64,000 bases of DNA from Octopus vulgaris (lineage: Eukaryota). The position numbers and the translations under genes were made by a program. The notes beneath the pieces were generated by a model. It did not search any database. It was not told where the DNA came from and saw nothing but the letters and a program-made list of their open reading frames with translations. Location: positions 3,348,001-3,412,000 of the forward strand of contig OX597834.1 of assembly GCA_951406725.2 (NCBI GenBank), read 5' to 3'. Shown piece by piece: positions 1 to 11,814 of the stretch (position 1 is the first letter of the stretch; each line of letters opens with the position of its first letter).

Positions 1-406
1 GCCATGCTAACCACTGAAGAATGTTGTAACATGATTCTGAAAATTTAGTAATATTCCATGATTCTTCTAACATTGTTTCGCAATTGAGGATTTCCACTTT
101 GGTACAATAAACTGCAATGCTGTGACATCTCGATTGATTTCCAATTCCAAACCAAACTAATTTTGGTGAGGTGCAAACTCATTTTGGTAAAGCAAGGTAA
201 CTTACTTCCCTTTGCTTCTTTTATTACTTATCTCCCCTTACCTTTTATTTATCTTTTGGGAATCCAAAATTTCAGATTCGGCCCAGAATGTTTTTAATTT
301 ACTCATAGAGTTGGCTTGATTCCAAAATGGTATATGTTGGGCTACGACCTCTAGGAGTAATTTTGAAAAAGTGTGACACACTGACATTCGCATTTATCAT
401 ATTAGA
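1..406 (-). mobile_element. Probable 5' end of a non-autonomous Helitron (runs off the window)
   Basis: Minus strand begins A|TCTAATATGATAAATGCGAATGTCAGTGTGTC, resembling Helitron 5' TC ends. The 3' end is not visible. Confidence 0.4.
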
Positions 407-2019
407 TATGCACAAGAGTGTATATATGTATATACAGAGTGTATATATGTATATACAGACACACACAGAGGTTAGCATCAAATTGTTTCAGAAAAGTGCT
501 TATAACATACCTTTCTGTCAAATCATTAGATTAATCCCAACAAAATACAAACATTTTCCTAAATTTTATCAATATAAATATTTGATAAATTAAACGTTTC
601 AGGCTGTGTGCCAACATTTTAGAAAAAGAGAAAAATCACTTTCACTTTGCAGATGTCTTCCTGGGGTTATAAACAACAGTAGCATTGTCCCCTATGGGTC
701 TGCTACGTTTACATGGCAAATATACTTCACAATTCTGTGCTGCTACTGTTTACGTCTCGTCAGAGATTTATTATTGCTCTATATATAAATATATATATAT
801 AATGTATACACACGCATTTCATAGACTGTGACTTCAGAAAAAAACATTTTTAGCATAAAATATAAATACACACGATATAAATGTTAACATATTAATTCAT
901 ACTAGCTGAACCTGTGAAAAATTCACGGAAAATATAAAAAATGTAAGCATTTGTAAATTGTGTGCTGGTACCATGAGAACCACATTAATGATATGCAGTT
1001 CTGTGGAGTATGCAGCCACTTGTGAGTTAAACTTTATCCTCGTGTGGTAATGAAAAGTGAAAGTGACATCCAATATTTGCTTGGATCTAGATATCATCTG
1101 TCTCTCCCACTTCCTCTTTCCCGCTTTTAATTTAACAATGTGTGTATGTATCTACTTTCTTGCGATGTGATAAAACAAAACGAATGCTGTTGCCACTTAC
1201 TCCGTTTGCTGTACATAAGGAGGTCAGAATACTTGATTCCATGCAAAAAATCGGAAGTTTCTTTCTTTGTGAAACGCGTGTGGGTGTACTTACCAAAATT
1301 TACCAAAGTTAAATCTTTAAATAGAGAAAAATAAAACACAAACAGGTTATTAAATAAATTATTTAATACGTGACTTTTAAACACTTACATATTTGTTCCG
1401 TTTCCATTTTGTGATAACCGAGTCTATTTTTTCATTACTCCTATATTTCTATTACCCCGTCAGACACCCCTATATATATGTGTAGTGACTTCATTCGAGC
1501 ATAGGGTAGATTTGAACCTGAATCAGCAAATTTCCCATAACATTTCAACAGCATTTCTTTCACAAAAACAACAAGTTGCCAGCAGTTACATTCAACAAAT
1601 GGCTTTGCCAAATCAATTTGTGTCCTTTCAGTTTAACTCTTGACCTCTTCGATGCCATCTAAAGATGAAATTAGATAAGGGCGACCTACATCAAGCTGCT
1701 CAGTGTTCACGGCAATATACCTCTCTTTCTAGCTGGTTTGCATGATTATAAATACGAGAATCCTGTAAGGAAAAGTTAGTTGGTGAACAGAGATGACCAG
1801 CTTTGGGAGGCTGACGGTCAAACAATCTTCCACTATGATACATACAGCTTCCCTCTATTCTCTCTCGCTAGCTCATCTTTTCTCTTCTAGCAAACACCAC
1901 TCTATCACTATTTTTTGCTTACTACTACAACTGACAAGAACATATACATACTTATACCAGGAAAAATTAACTCTCGATTTTATTATTCACGCCCACGGTC
2001 GTGTGTGGCTTTACATAAA

Positions 2020-2340
2020 GTAACGGTAAATGGCATAATTTCGATTTGACTCGAATTTTGTCAACAAAAGAACTCAGTAATTTCTGTAAACACGTGTTGA
2101 CTTGTCAATTGTCAATTGACGAAATGGGAAGAGTGCGTGCTTGTTCCTCTGTGTGTGTGTGTCTGTCTGCGTGCTTGTTCCTGTCTCTGTGCGTGTATGT
2201 GTGTGCATGTTCCCATTTCGTCAACTGACAGTTGACAAGACAACACGTGTTTGTGGAAATTACCGAGTTGTTTTGTGTCAACATCAACACCCATTACATT
2301 TTAATAACAACTCAAAACGAATTAATGCATCTACCGTTAC
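2020..2340. mobile_element. Palindromic MITE-like element
   Basis: Imperfect inverted arms GTAACGGTAAATG...TGACGAAATGGGAA / TTCCCATTTCGTCA...CATCTACCGTTAC flank a (TG)-rich centre. No clear TSD. Confidence 0.65.
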
Positions 2341-2386
2341 AATTGGTAACCCCTGACAAACATTTATCGTTACACACACACATATA

Positions 2387-3441
2387 TCTTTATATATATA
2401 AAACTGAGAATGTGTGTCTGTCTGTGTGTTTCCCTAAAACTTGAGAACTACACAACCAATTTCATTCAAATTTTACACATGCCTTACTTAGGGTCCGGGA
2501 GTGCCTACAGCGAGCCCATAGCAATATCATATCTTCTCCACTATTTCAGTATTACGTGTTAAAAGTGAAACAAAAACATTTCTCTAGTTTATGTCAGATA
2601 CTTTCACTTTAACAGTAAAAATAATAATAACAATTGAATTATATGTAGTAAGTAATAATTAAAATCAAACTAAAGTATAATATTATCATAACATAACAAA
2701 AGTAAAAATATAGCAATTGGTATAAAATTGCATCAATGACATGAACTTGAATCAGTGGTTTCAAATGAATGGGAATAAATAAAAAATAAAATTTAAGTGC
2801 AGAAATGGAATAGTCCAGATGGAGGTGTGCACGGCTTTTACATTAAATTATTTGCTAATTAGCTAGCATTAAGCATTCTACTGAGTACCGCTGTTAGTTT
2901 ATTTCTGATCCATAAAGGCCTATAGCTTCAACAGAGTACTGCTTTTTGGTTTACCGTAACTATTGTTATCACGTTTGTTGGCTCCTCATAAGGGAAGCGT
3001 TGTTGTGTTGCATTTGTTAAATAATTGTAAACCGTAACCCTCCCCCTTTGGGAGAAGGAGCTTTGGTTATTGTTTAAAAATTGAATTGTGTCCCTGTTTG
3101 GGGAAATTGACAATTTTTTCACCGTTTACACGGAAGTATTTTTGTTAAAATGTCTTCGATAGAAGAAAGTCCAAAAATGAAATTCGCTGCAGCCGTCAGA
3201 TTGTAGCCACACTTCTATACAAGAGGGAGGACAAGATACAATTGATCGAAATTGCAAGAGACAGGCCTACAATTCCAGTCTGTTATATATTTTGAGTATT
3301 GTTATCATTAGCAATATCAAGATAGAACTTTGTATTTTGTATTTTATGTGTAGATGTATATATATAGATGTACATGTAAGATGTACACATATATACATGC
3401 ACTAGCACTATGACCCGGCAACGACGGGTCTTTAATGCTAG
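2387..3441 (+). mobile_element. Non-autonomous Helitron
   Basis: 5' A|TC start followed by TGTGTGTCTGTCTGT, a 3' hairpin GACCCG-GCAACGA-CGGGTC, then CTAG|T. Confidence 0.75.
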
Positions 3442-3457
3442 TATATATATATATTTA

Positions 3458-4828
3458 CACCTGACAGTAAATCAAAACTAATTCCAAGATTTCTTTATGT
3501 TTAACAACTGAATGGATTTAATAAAAGTATCTAAATATGAAACATCACGATGAAGATAATTCAAACTGATGTCCTTCTTGAGCGACGCATTTTTCCATCC
3601 GAGTCAATACAGAATTACAGATTGTACGACAAAGTACCTTATTTGCATTAATTAGTTCAAATTCAGTTACTATGGCAGCTTGCAACTCATCTAGAGTCGT
3701 TGGTTTACTTTTAAAAACTCGATCTTTCATCATTCCCCAAATACTGAAGTCCATTGGTGTGAGGTCACATGAGCGTGGAGCCCACTCAACTGTTCCTCTT
3801 CGTCCAATCCAACCTGCAGGCAAAGTGTCCAACAGATCATGTACCTTTTCGGAGTAATGAGGAGGTGCACCATCTTGCATGAACAGCAAAGTATTAAAGT
3901 CCGGCCTGTCTCGCAGCTGCGGAAAGACATACTTATTCAGCATTTCAAAATAGTTATCGCCAGTGACAGTTTCATTAAAGAAATAAGGGCCCAATAACCC
4001 ATCAGAACTGAGAGCTCCCCAAACAGTGACACCAGGCTCATTCAGTGGTTCATAATGTGGGTTTTCAGTAGCATAAATTACACAATTGTGGCGCTTAATC
4101 ATACCGTTTAATTTGAACGATGCTTCGCCAGACCACATTATCTTATTGAATAGCTGAGGATAATTTTCAAAGAGGCTAATGAACAGTTGACACATTTGTA
4201 GTCGTCTTTCTGCATCGTCCTGCACCAGACAATAGATTAACTTAGGGTGGTATGCTTTGTAGCCGTTTTCTTGCAAAATCCTCCGAAGGGACGATCTTGA
4301 AATATCAAGTTCAGCGCTTAGTCGAACGGCGCTTGTTTGCGGACTTTGTGTGATAGCAGTAACTACAGAATCTGTCATTTTGGGGGTTCTAACACTACGT
4401 GGCCTACCTGATCGTGGTAAATCTGCCACAGTTCCATTTTGATGAAATCGATCTCGTAAATGATAAATGGTATCTCTATGCGGAGGATTTATTTTATCAC
4501 CATACTCGTTTATCCATTCTTCGCGGACTTTTCGTGCGTTACCATATTTGTAGTATTTTTCAATAACAAAGATTCTCTGTTGCAGAGTCAGTTTGTTCAT
4601 GTTTTGGGGTTTAAAAAACCTGCAATTAAAACAAGAAATTATTTTATATGAGACTTCGCTAATGAAAAGACAAATGCTGAAAACATAAAAAAACCCCAAA
4701 AAACCCGTGATTTTAACTCACGGCATTCAATTATTAAACATTCATAATATTGAAACGAATAAATAAAATTGAATATTAAGTATTTATGGAATTTTCATTT
4801 ACTGTCGGGTGACTTTTGGCCAGCCCTG
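3458..4828 (-). mobile_element. Tc1/mariner element, rosa (DD41D)-like
   Basis: Right TIR CAGGGCTGGCCAAAAGTCACCCGACAGTAAAT (minus strand). Left TIR is truncated (CACCTGACAGTAAAT). Contains a transposase ORF. Confidence 0.85.
3545..4600 (-). CDS. Transposase (N-terminal HTH, DDD domain) with first catalytic Asp mutated
   Basis: ATG at 4600 (MNKLTLQQRIF). Motifs PRSGRP, WSGEA (normally WSDEA), QDGAPPH, WIGR and WAPRSCDLTPMDFSIWG. There are 40 residues between the 2nd and 3rd Asp. Confidence 0.9.
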   Translation of the reverse strand: MNKLTLQQRIFVIEKYYKYGNARKVREEWINEYGDKINPPHRDTIYHLRDRFHQNGTVADLPRSGRPRSVRTPKMTDSVVTAITQSPQTSAVRLSAELDISRSSLRRILQENGYKAYHPKLIYCLVQDDAERRLQMCQLFISLFENYPQLFNKIMWSGEASFKLNGMIKRHNCVIYATENPHYEPLNEPGVTVWGALSSDGLLGPYFFNETVTGDNYFEMLNKYVFPQLRDRPDFNTLLFMQDGAPPHYSEKVHDLLDTLPAGWIGRRGTVEWAPRSCDLTPMDFSIWGMMKDRVFKSKPTTLDELQAAIVTEFELINANKVLCRTICNSVLTRMEKCVAQEGHQFELSSS

Positions 4829-4924
4829 ATCGGATAATATACTTAACTGCATGCACATACATATATATATATATAAAATCTAAAAGTGAACATCACCTCA
4901 AATTGACTTTTTTCTTTTTACGGC

Positions 4925-5433
4925 AAATAAAAGTAATTACAACACACCAATGCAAGGAGGGTAATAATTATTTCAGCGGTGTAAAGAAATAACAGGTTCC
5001 TTCATCACGGTGGTCAGTGTTTATAATTTCTGTTAAAAACGCAAAACCTGAAATATTAGGGAAGGTCATTATTGGATCATGTCGACTCCAGCACTTTACT
5101 GGAACTCGATTTTATCTATTCTGAAAGGAAGACAGTCAAAACTGACGTTTTTTGGATTTGAAGAGACGGAAATAATATTGCGGAGAATTTTGTTCGCTGC
5201 TCAACGATTCCATCAACTGAACAAATTAATTAAATATAGGGGTTAATTAATAGAGGATTGCTAATTAACTGCGGGAAGAAACAGCTACAGCAGTCTTTAT
5301 TATATTGGTGTGAAAATCTAAACGAAGGTTTGTTGTAAAATATAGAAGTGATGTTGAAGCTGAAAATGTCCATTCTGATTTGTGATTCCTTGAATCTATT
5401 GTGACATCTTCGTCATTGACTCTTAAGTAAGAT
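4925..5433 (+). promoter_or_regulatory. Putative promoter / non-coding exon 1 of ZNF gene 1
   Basis: Homologous to 41933-42225 (reverse) and in part to 26045-26180 (reverse). Ends at a GTAAGT donor at 5434, with matching acceptor TTTCAG at 7829. Confidence 0.6.
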
Positions 5434-5731
5434 GTAAGTATCATTAACAGAAACAACATCTACATTGTACAGGTCGTGTCCTCTTTCTACTACATCTGTT
5501 TGTTTTGGTTTTGATGTGTTCAAAAATAAAGGAAAGAAAGTGAAGAAATTTTCCTTAAAGTAACGATGCTGTCTTAATCCCCATACGGTGGTCGGCCGTC
5601 ACATACAGAAATGAGTTGAAAAACTTCACCAAACTTGCTCTAGCTGACATTACTTATTGTTGTCTTAATACTTTCACTGTTTTCCTTTCCACTCTGCATT
5701 TCAGCTATCGTTCTTCCCCCCAAATCTTAAT
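5434..5731 (+). promoter_or_regulatory. Conserved intron-1 5' block (copy in gene 1)
   Basis: Shares motifs CATCTACATTGTA, AACGATGCTGTCTTAATC and GAGTTGAAAAACTT with 25850-26044, 41678-41932 and 62395-62722. Confidence 0.7.
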
Positions 5732-5902
5732 ATTAATACAAAGAGAAAGTTTGTATCAGGACTAAAGGCTAAACCGAAGGAACGACAGATGGTTAGGCAG
5801 AGGCCCAAATCAGGTTCAAATGGCCAAGCATACGAAGTCCCCAGCAACTGTGATGGTTCCGAGAGTCATCAGCAAACGAGGGAGAAGTTGTGATCTCTCT
5901 CA

Positions 5903-6720
5903 CTTTTTTTTTGGCTTTATTGAGAAAATTCTATATGTTGTAACATATTTCGTCTTTAATTTCGAGCATTTCGGCAATTTTAACCAATCGCTGACCTCCA
6001 TTTAGGTAAATAACATTCTGTGCATAATGAATATGTCCCTCCTTTAAGAAACAGATTGGGTTTATTTACATTTGTGAAGAAAAAAATACCCTTCCCCCAC
6101 CCCTAACCATAACTCTAAATCTAAAATAGATTGAAATGCAATAGATCGATACTAGGGCCATAATTATGGGTGACATTTTCATTTGACACCGCTAGAAAAA
6201 AATCCCATTTTCCGTAGCGGTGTCGTATGAAATTGTCACTGCATCCTTTAAGGCCCTCATGCTTTCCGAAATCCGCCGAAACTACACCTGATTATATATA
6301 CACTTTAGATGAGTTGTAGTGCACCTGAGCACTGTACACAATTATTATTATTATTATTATTATAATTATAACCCTAGTATCGATCTATTGCATTTCAATC
6401 TATTTTAGGATTAGGGTTAGGGGTGGGGGAAGGATATCTTTTTTTCTTCGCAAATATAAATAAACCCAATCTGTTTCTTAAACAAGGGACATACTCATAC
6501 AGCACGGTATGTTTTGACTCCAAATGGATGTATTTGATTGGTTAAAATTGCCGAAATGCTCGATTTTAAATTGGAAATATGTTACAAACTATAGAATTTT
6601 CTCAATAAAGCCAAAAAAAAAATGATGTTTTATAAACACATTCTACCAGTATACGAAGTCTAAAATTTTTTAGTTACCTAGAAATTATGTTACAAAGTGC
6701 CGTTCAAAAGGAAAAGATCC
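5903..6720. mobile_element. Two head-to-head copies of a non-autonomous DNA element (end ...GAAAAGATCC) forming a ~300-bp foldback
   Basis: 5903-6202 is the reverse complement of 6209-6236 plus 6362-6620. Related ends occur at ~54473 and ~63192. Confidence 0.75.
6237..6364 (+). mobile_element. CR1 LINE 3' end with (TTA)n tail
   Basis: Near-identical to the reverse complement of 20821-20945. Confidence 0.85.
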
Positions 6721-7046
6721 GAAAGTTGGGATGCCCTGGGATAGACAGAGTGCCTATATCTTCCAACAAGACTCTGTGCTGTCTTATAAGGCTTAGCACT
6801 GCCCAATTGTGAATGTGCACCAATCTCCATGATCATGTTCCCCCAGACACATGGCTTCCTGGATCACCAAACCTCAATCCATTGGACTATTACGTATGGG
6901 TCTTAGTCAAGGGAGAGGTCAATCAACAACACACAATCTCCATCATAACCAGTGTCCAAACCTGAAAAAGATCATCTGATTCAGGCATGTCAGTGCTCCC
7001 AACCCCATGTTGTAATAACCATTGATGCTAACTGTGGATTCATTGA

Positions 7047-7372
7047 ATCATCATCATCATCATCATCATTTAACTTCCCGCTTTCCATGCTAGCATGGGT
7101 TGGACGGTTCAACTGGGGTCTGAGGAGCCCGAAGGCTGCACCAGGCCAGTCAGATCTGGCAGTGTTTCTACAGCTGGATACCCAACCTAACGCCAACCAC
7201 TCCGAGAGTGTAGTGGGTGATTTTATGTGCCACCGACACAGTGCCAGACGAGGCCGGCGAACGGCCACGATCGGATGGTGTTTGTTACGTGCCCACAGCA
7301 CGGAAGCCAGTTGATGCGGTACCGGCTACGGCCACGTTCGGATGGTCCTCCTGTATGCCACCGGCACCGAGG
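7047..7372 (-). mobile_element. RTE LINE 3'-UTR fragment with (ATG)n tail
   Basis: Matches the 3' UTR of the RTE at 9710-11087 (GGATGCCCTTCCTAACGCCAACCACTCC family). Confidence 0.8.
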
Positions 7373-8185
7373 AGTGAAAAAAGGGTTCTCGAGGTTATTT
7401 GTAGTTATCTGTTTTCAAAAACAGCTTTTTCATTGGTGAGCTATATGTCTTTTTTCTAAATTCATACAAATGACTTTTAAAAAACACTGATGCACGCTGT
7501 ATAGATGCATAAAATCATGTGTGTGTTCATAGACACCCGTTATGGTATATCGTCTGATGTCTAGGGATGTTTCACTGTAGTTTGGGAGTACAGCATATTG
7601 TGGAGGTATGGAAACTGGTAAAAAGAAGTCAGCACTACCACAGGCTGTTAAATTCTAGTTTGTGTTTTGTTTCCTGACAAAATGGATGCTACATTGACTG
7701 GGTTCTATTGTCCATGTAAAGGTTTATACCTATAGTTATTATAGGTGAACTTTGGTAAAATGTCCACTGTTGAATGTTTTCTGTTTAAGTGGCCTCTGTA
7801 TTTTACATTTTGTTCTCCTTTTATTTCAGGATGGCATAAAGAACATTATTTACCTGAGATCCATCAATATTTACCATCTTTTAAAGAAAAACAATGGAAG
7901 ATGTCATACACAACAGATATAACCCTTGTTATCTAAAACTACAGTAGAATTACTGTGAAATATTGGCTCTGAACAGAATTTGTATTCAAAATGCTCTCAA
8001 ATTCACAGACTGGAATTTGTATTATAATGATTTGGTATTGAAATAAAAGCTAAATTACAAAGGAATTTGCAGCATCTTCGAATATTGACAAAAATCATAG
8101 AAATATAGCCAAAGAAACCAAAATAAAATATAAAAATAAAGTGAAGAAGAACTTTTATATTTACTGTGGTGAGAGAGAAAGAAGA

Positions 8186-9289
8186 ATGGAAGACAAATTG
8201 TGTGTAAAAAAGATTAAGTGTGAAGCAGAGTCTCAAATTATTGATTTCCCTGAGGATATGAAGGAAGAGAAAGAAAAGACATTATATGAGTGTGATATGT
8301 GTAATATATCATTCTCTTATAAACGTACATTAACTACTCACAAACTCATTTATACAGGAGAGAAACCATATCATTGTGATATCTGTGGAAAGTCATTCTC
8401 TCAAAAAGGCAACCTAAGTAGACACAAACGCTTTCATACAGGAGAGAAACCGTATCACTGTGATGTCTGTGGTAAATCATTCTCTCTAAATAACCACTTA
8501 GGTACACATAAGCGTCTTCATACAGGAGAGAAACCATATGAGTGTGATATCTGTAGTAAATCATTCTCTCAAAAAGGCAACCTAACTAGACACAAACACA
8601 TTCATACAGGAGAGAAACCATATCAGTGTGATATCTGTGGTAAATCATTGTCTGGAAGTGGAGAGTTAACTAAACACATACGTATTCATACAGGAGAGAA
8701 GCCATATCACTGTGGTATCTGTGGTAAATCATTTGCTCTCAGTAGTAACTTATCTCGACATAAACACATTCACACAGGTGAGAGGCCATATCATTGTGAT
8801 ATCTGTGGTAAATCATTCTCTGGAAGTGGGTATTTCACTACCCATAAGCGTATTCATACTGGAGAGGAATCATATTATTGTGATATCTGTGGTAAATCAT
8901 TCCCTGCACCAAGTCATTTGACTAATCATAAACGTATTCACACAGGAGAGAAACCATACGAGTGCAATGTGTGTGGCAAATCATTTTCTGTGAAGCATCA
9001 CTTAACTACACATACACGTATTCATACTGGAGATAAACCACATCACTGTGATATCTGTGGAAAATTCTTTGCTCAGAACAGTCACTTAACTGCTCACAAA
9101 CGTACTCATACAGGAGAGAAACCATTTCAGTGTGATATCTGCAGTAAATCATTTCCTCAAAATAGCGACTTAACTATTCATAAACGTTCTCACACAGGAG
9201 AGAAGCCATATCTCTGTGACATATGTGGTAAATCATTCCCCCAGAAAAGCCACTTAACTAAACACATAGGTATTCATACAAAACAGTAA
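8186..9289 (+). CDS. C2H2 zinc-finger protein, gene 1 (12 fingers, first degenerate)
   Basis: [12 protein letters not shown], tandem CxxC-x12-HxxxH fingers with TGEKPY linkers. Finger 1 ends HKLIY. AATAAA at 9656. Confidence 0.95.
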   Translation: MEDKLCVKKIKCEAESQIIDFPEDMKEEKEKTLYECDMCNISFSYKRTLTTHKLIYTGEKPYHCDICGKSFSQKGNLSRHKRFHTGEKPYHCDVCGKSFSLNNHLGTHKRLHTGEKPYECDICSKSFSQKGNLTRHKHIHTGEKPYQCDICGKSLSGSGELTKHIRIHTGEKPYHCGICGKSFALSSNLSRHKHIHTGERPYHCDICGKSFSGSGYFTTHKRIHTGEESYYCDICGKSFPAPSHLTNHKRIHTGEKPYECNVCGKSFSVKHHLTTHTRIHTGDKPHHCDICGKFFAQNSHLTAHKRTHTGEKPFQCDICSKSFPQNSDLTIHKRSHTGEKPYLCDICGKSFPQKSHLTKHIGIHTKQ

Positions 9290-9709
9290 CGAGCTCATTA
9301 TCAGAATGGAGTTTGTGATAATTGCTGTGCAGGATGTAGAATATTTTCTCATGATGATCAAATGAATTTTTCCCACTTTTTCAGTTTCTTCAGTGAATAA
9401 TCTTCTGAAGACTTCCTAATATTCAGAAAACTTGCTGTAGAAACAAACAAGAAAAGACAAATTTACTCATCAAAACTTGGAAACAACACATTTACTGCAT
9501 TGTGTTTATCAAAACCATCGAAATTCACTGAATAAAAAATTACGCATGATACAACCATAAATATATTCTCCTTTCCAAGAAGATATCACATTATATTTTG
9601 TATAGTTACGTAAATATATCTTTAGTGTGAGGTAACTTTGCTCTGTGATACGTTTAATAAAGCTTTCTTTCTCCAGATATATATATATGTGTGTGTGTAT
9701 GTATATGTA

Positions 9710-11087
9710 TCATCATTGTCATCATCGTTTAACATCCACTTTCCGTGCTGGCATGGGTTGGATGATTTGACTGAGGTCTGGCGAACCAGATAACTGCACC
9801 AGGCTCCAATCTGATCTGGCAGAGTTTCTACAGCTGGATGCCCTTCCTAACGCCAGCCACTCCCAGAGTGTAGTGGGTGCTTTTACGTGCCACCAGCACA
9901 AAAGCCAATTTGTTGCTCTGGCAATGATCACGCTTGGATGGTGCTCTTAGCGCTCCACTAGCACGGATGCCAATCATCGAATATGATTTTGCTTTCGATC
10001 TCACTTGCCCCAACAGGTCTTCACAAGCAGAGGTTAGTGTCCAATGAAGGAAAGGTACACATAAGTGGGCTAGTTACACCCTGGCATAGGCCACGAGGTT
10101 ATGGTCTCACTTGGCTTGCCGAGTCTTCTAAAGCATAGCATATTTCCAAAGGTCCCAGTCACTACTCATTGCCTCGGCGAGACCCACTGTTCGAAGGTCA
10201 TGCTTCACCACCTCATCCCATGTCTTCCTGGGTCTACCTCTTCCACAGGTTCCCTCAACCGCTAGGGTGTGGCACTTTTTCTCACAACTATCTTCAGCCA
10301 TTCTCGTCACATGACCATACCAGCGCAAACGTCTCTCTTGCACACCACAACTGATGCTTCTTAGGTCCAACTTTTCTCTCAAGGTACTAACACTCTGTCG
10401 AGTATGCATACTGACATTACACATCCATCGGAGCATGCTGGCTTCATTCCTTGCAAGCTTACGCATGTCCTCAGCAGACACGGCCCATGTTTCACAGCCA
10501 TGTAGCATGGCTGTTCATACGCATGTGTCATGCAGTCTACCTTTTACTCTGAGTGAGAGGCCCTTTGTCACCAGCAGTGGTAAGAGCTCTCAGAACTTTG
10601 CCCAGGCTATTCTTATTCTAGCAGCTACACTTTCAGTGCACATTTTCAGTGTTTATTGCTCCTGAGCATCTGCCACATACAAAAACTAGTTAGCCTTCCT
10701 TTGAGATTGCTGCACCTCTTATGTGTCCATAGCTTAGACTGGGTACATCTTATAGATTTTCTACAGATCGAGCAGGGCCATCTACCTGAAGGGATTTGTG
10801 GCTTGCCTGTCTTCCTACTTATTAGGACTTTGGTTTTAGCTAGGTTGACTCTAAGGCCCTTTGATTCTAATCCTTGTTTCCACACTTGAAACTTCTCCTC
10901 TAGTTCTGATAGTGACTCAGCAATTAGAGAAAGGTCGTCAGCATAGAGGAGCTCCCAGGGGCATCCTGTCTTGAATTCCCATTTTATTGCCTGGGGGACT
11001 ATGATAAATAGGAGGGAGCTGAGGACTGAACCTTGGTGGACCCTACCTCTATCCGGAATTCTTCACTGTATTTGTTGCCAACCCTCA
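9710..11087 (-). mobile_element. 5'-truncated RTE-clade LINE (RT C-terminus plus 3' UTR)
   Basis: Peptides GVHQGSVLSSLLF-like, LLYADDL, GLRVNLAKTKV, HGCETWAV, RLRWYGHV and GRGRPRKTW, with frameshifts and an (ATG)n tail. Confidence 0.92.
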
Positions 11088-11220
11088 TGTAGATATATAT
11101 ATATATCTTCCATCTGATATATTTCTGGGAGGGAGAAAGTATACACTTAATTTATTTGACATTATGAGTAAATACCTGAGACACGTATTCTCTTGAATCT
11201 TGTTATAACATCTCTTGCAT

Positions 11221-11460
11221 CATCATTATCATCTGTTAATGTCTGTATTCCACGCTGGCAATTTGACAGGAGTTTGACAAACTAGAGAGCTGCACCCGGT
11301 TCCATTGTTTGCTTTGGCATCGTGTCTCTGGCTGCATGCCCTTCCTAACATCAACCATTTTACAATGTGTATTGGATGCTTTTGCATTGTGGCAGTAACA
11401 CTGGTGCTGTTTATGTGGCACCAACACCAGAAGGGTTGCCAAATAACTTGCAGCAAGATG
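11221..11460 (-). mobile_element. Old RTE 3'-UTR fragment
   Basis: CATCAT tail plus GGCTGCATGCCCTTCCTAACATCAACCA. Confidence 0.6.
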
Positions 11461-11814
11461 AAGACCTCTCGGTAGGGAGAAGGAATGGTACCAAGGGAGG
11501 TGGCTTTGTGCCAATTAAGAGGTTAGAATATAAGAGCGATAGAGACAGGTGTATTACTAAAGAGGAGATACTTGGGTCCCTCAGTAGGAAAAGAAGAGGC
11601 TGGAGAGATAGAATTAGAGAGAGAGAAATAGATGGTAGAACAGTGGGAATAGAATGGGATGTTGTGAAAGGGTGTGTGAGGAGATGTTGAGATGGAGAAG
11701 AGGTGACCAGCAAATGGTGGTGAGAGAAATTGGAGTGGCTGTGAGTGGGGTTTGGTAGATACAAGATCCAGCCAAGACATATTGGAAGTGGTGCTGTTGA
11801 AGGAAAACTCCAAC

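Larger units (their letters stand above)
5790..7045 (+). mobile_element. Degenerate DD37D (maT-like) transposase remnant interrupted by MITEs
   Basis: Peptides KSPATVMV (5835) and IFQQDS...WLPGSPNLNPLDYYVW (6755-6900). Confidence 0.6.

Noticed and set aside
8346-8921. Antisense and alternate-frame ORFs over the ZNF genes (also 23420, 30860, 37813, 59420)
   Set aside because: Shadows of the 84-bp finger periodicity.
9351-9408. Box C (ATGATGA) and box D (CTGA) in the conserved 3' UTR
   Set aside because: Too short, exonic, weak terminal stem and no evident guide. Likely chance.
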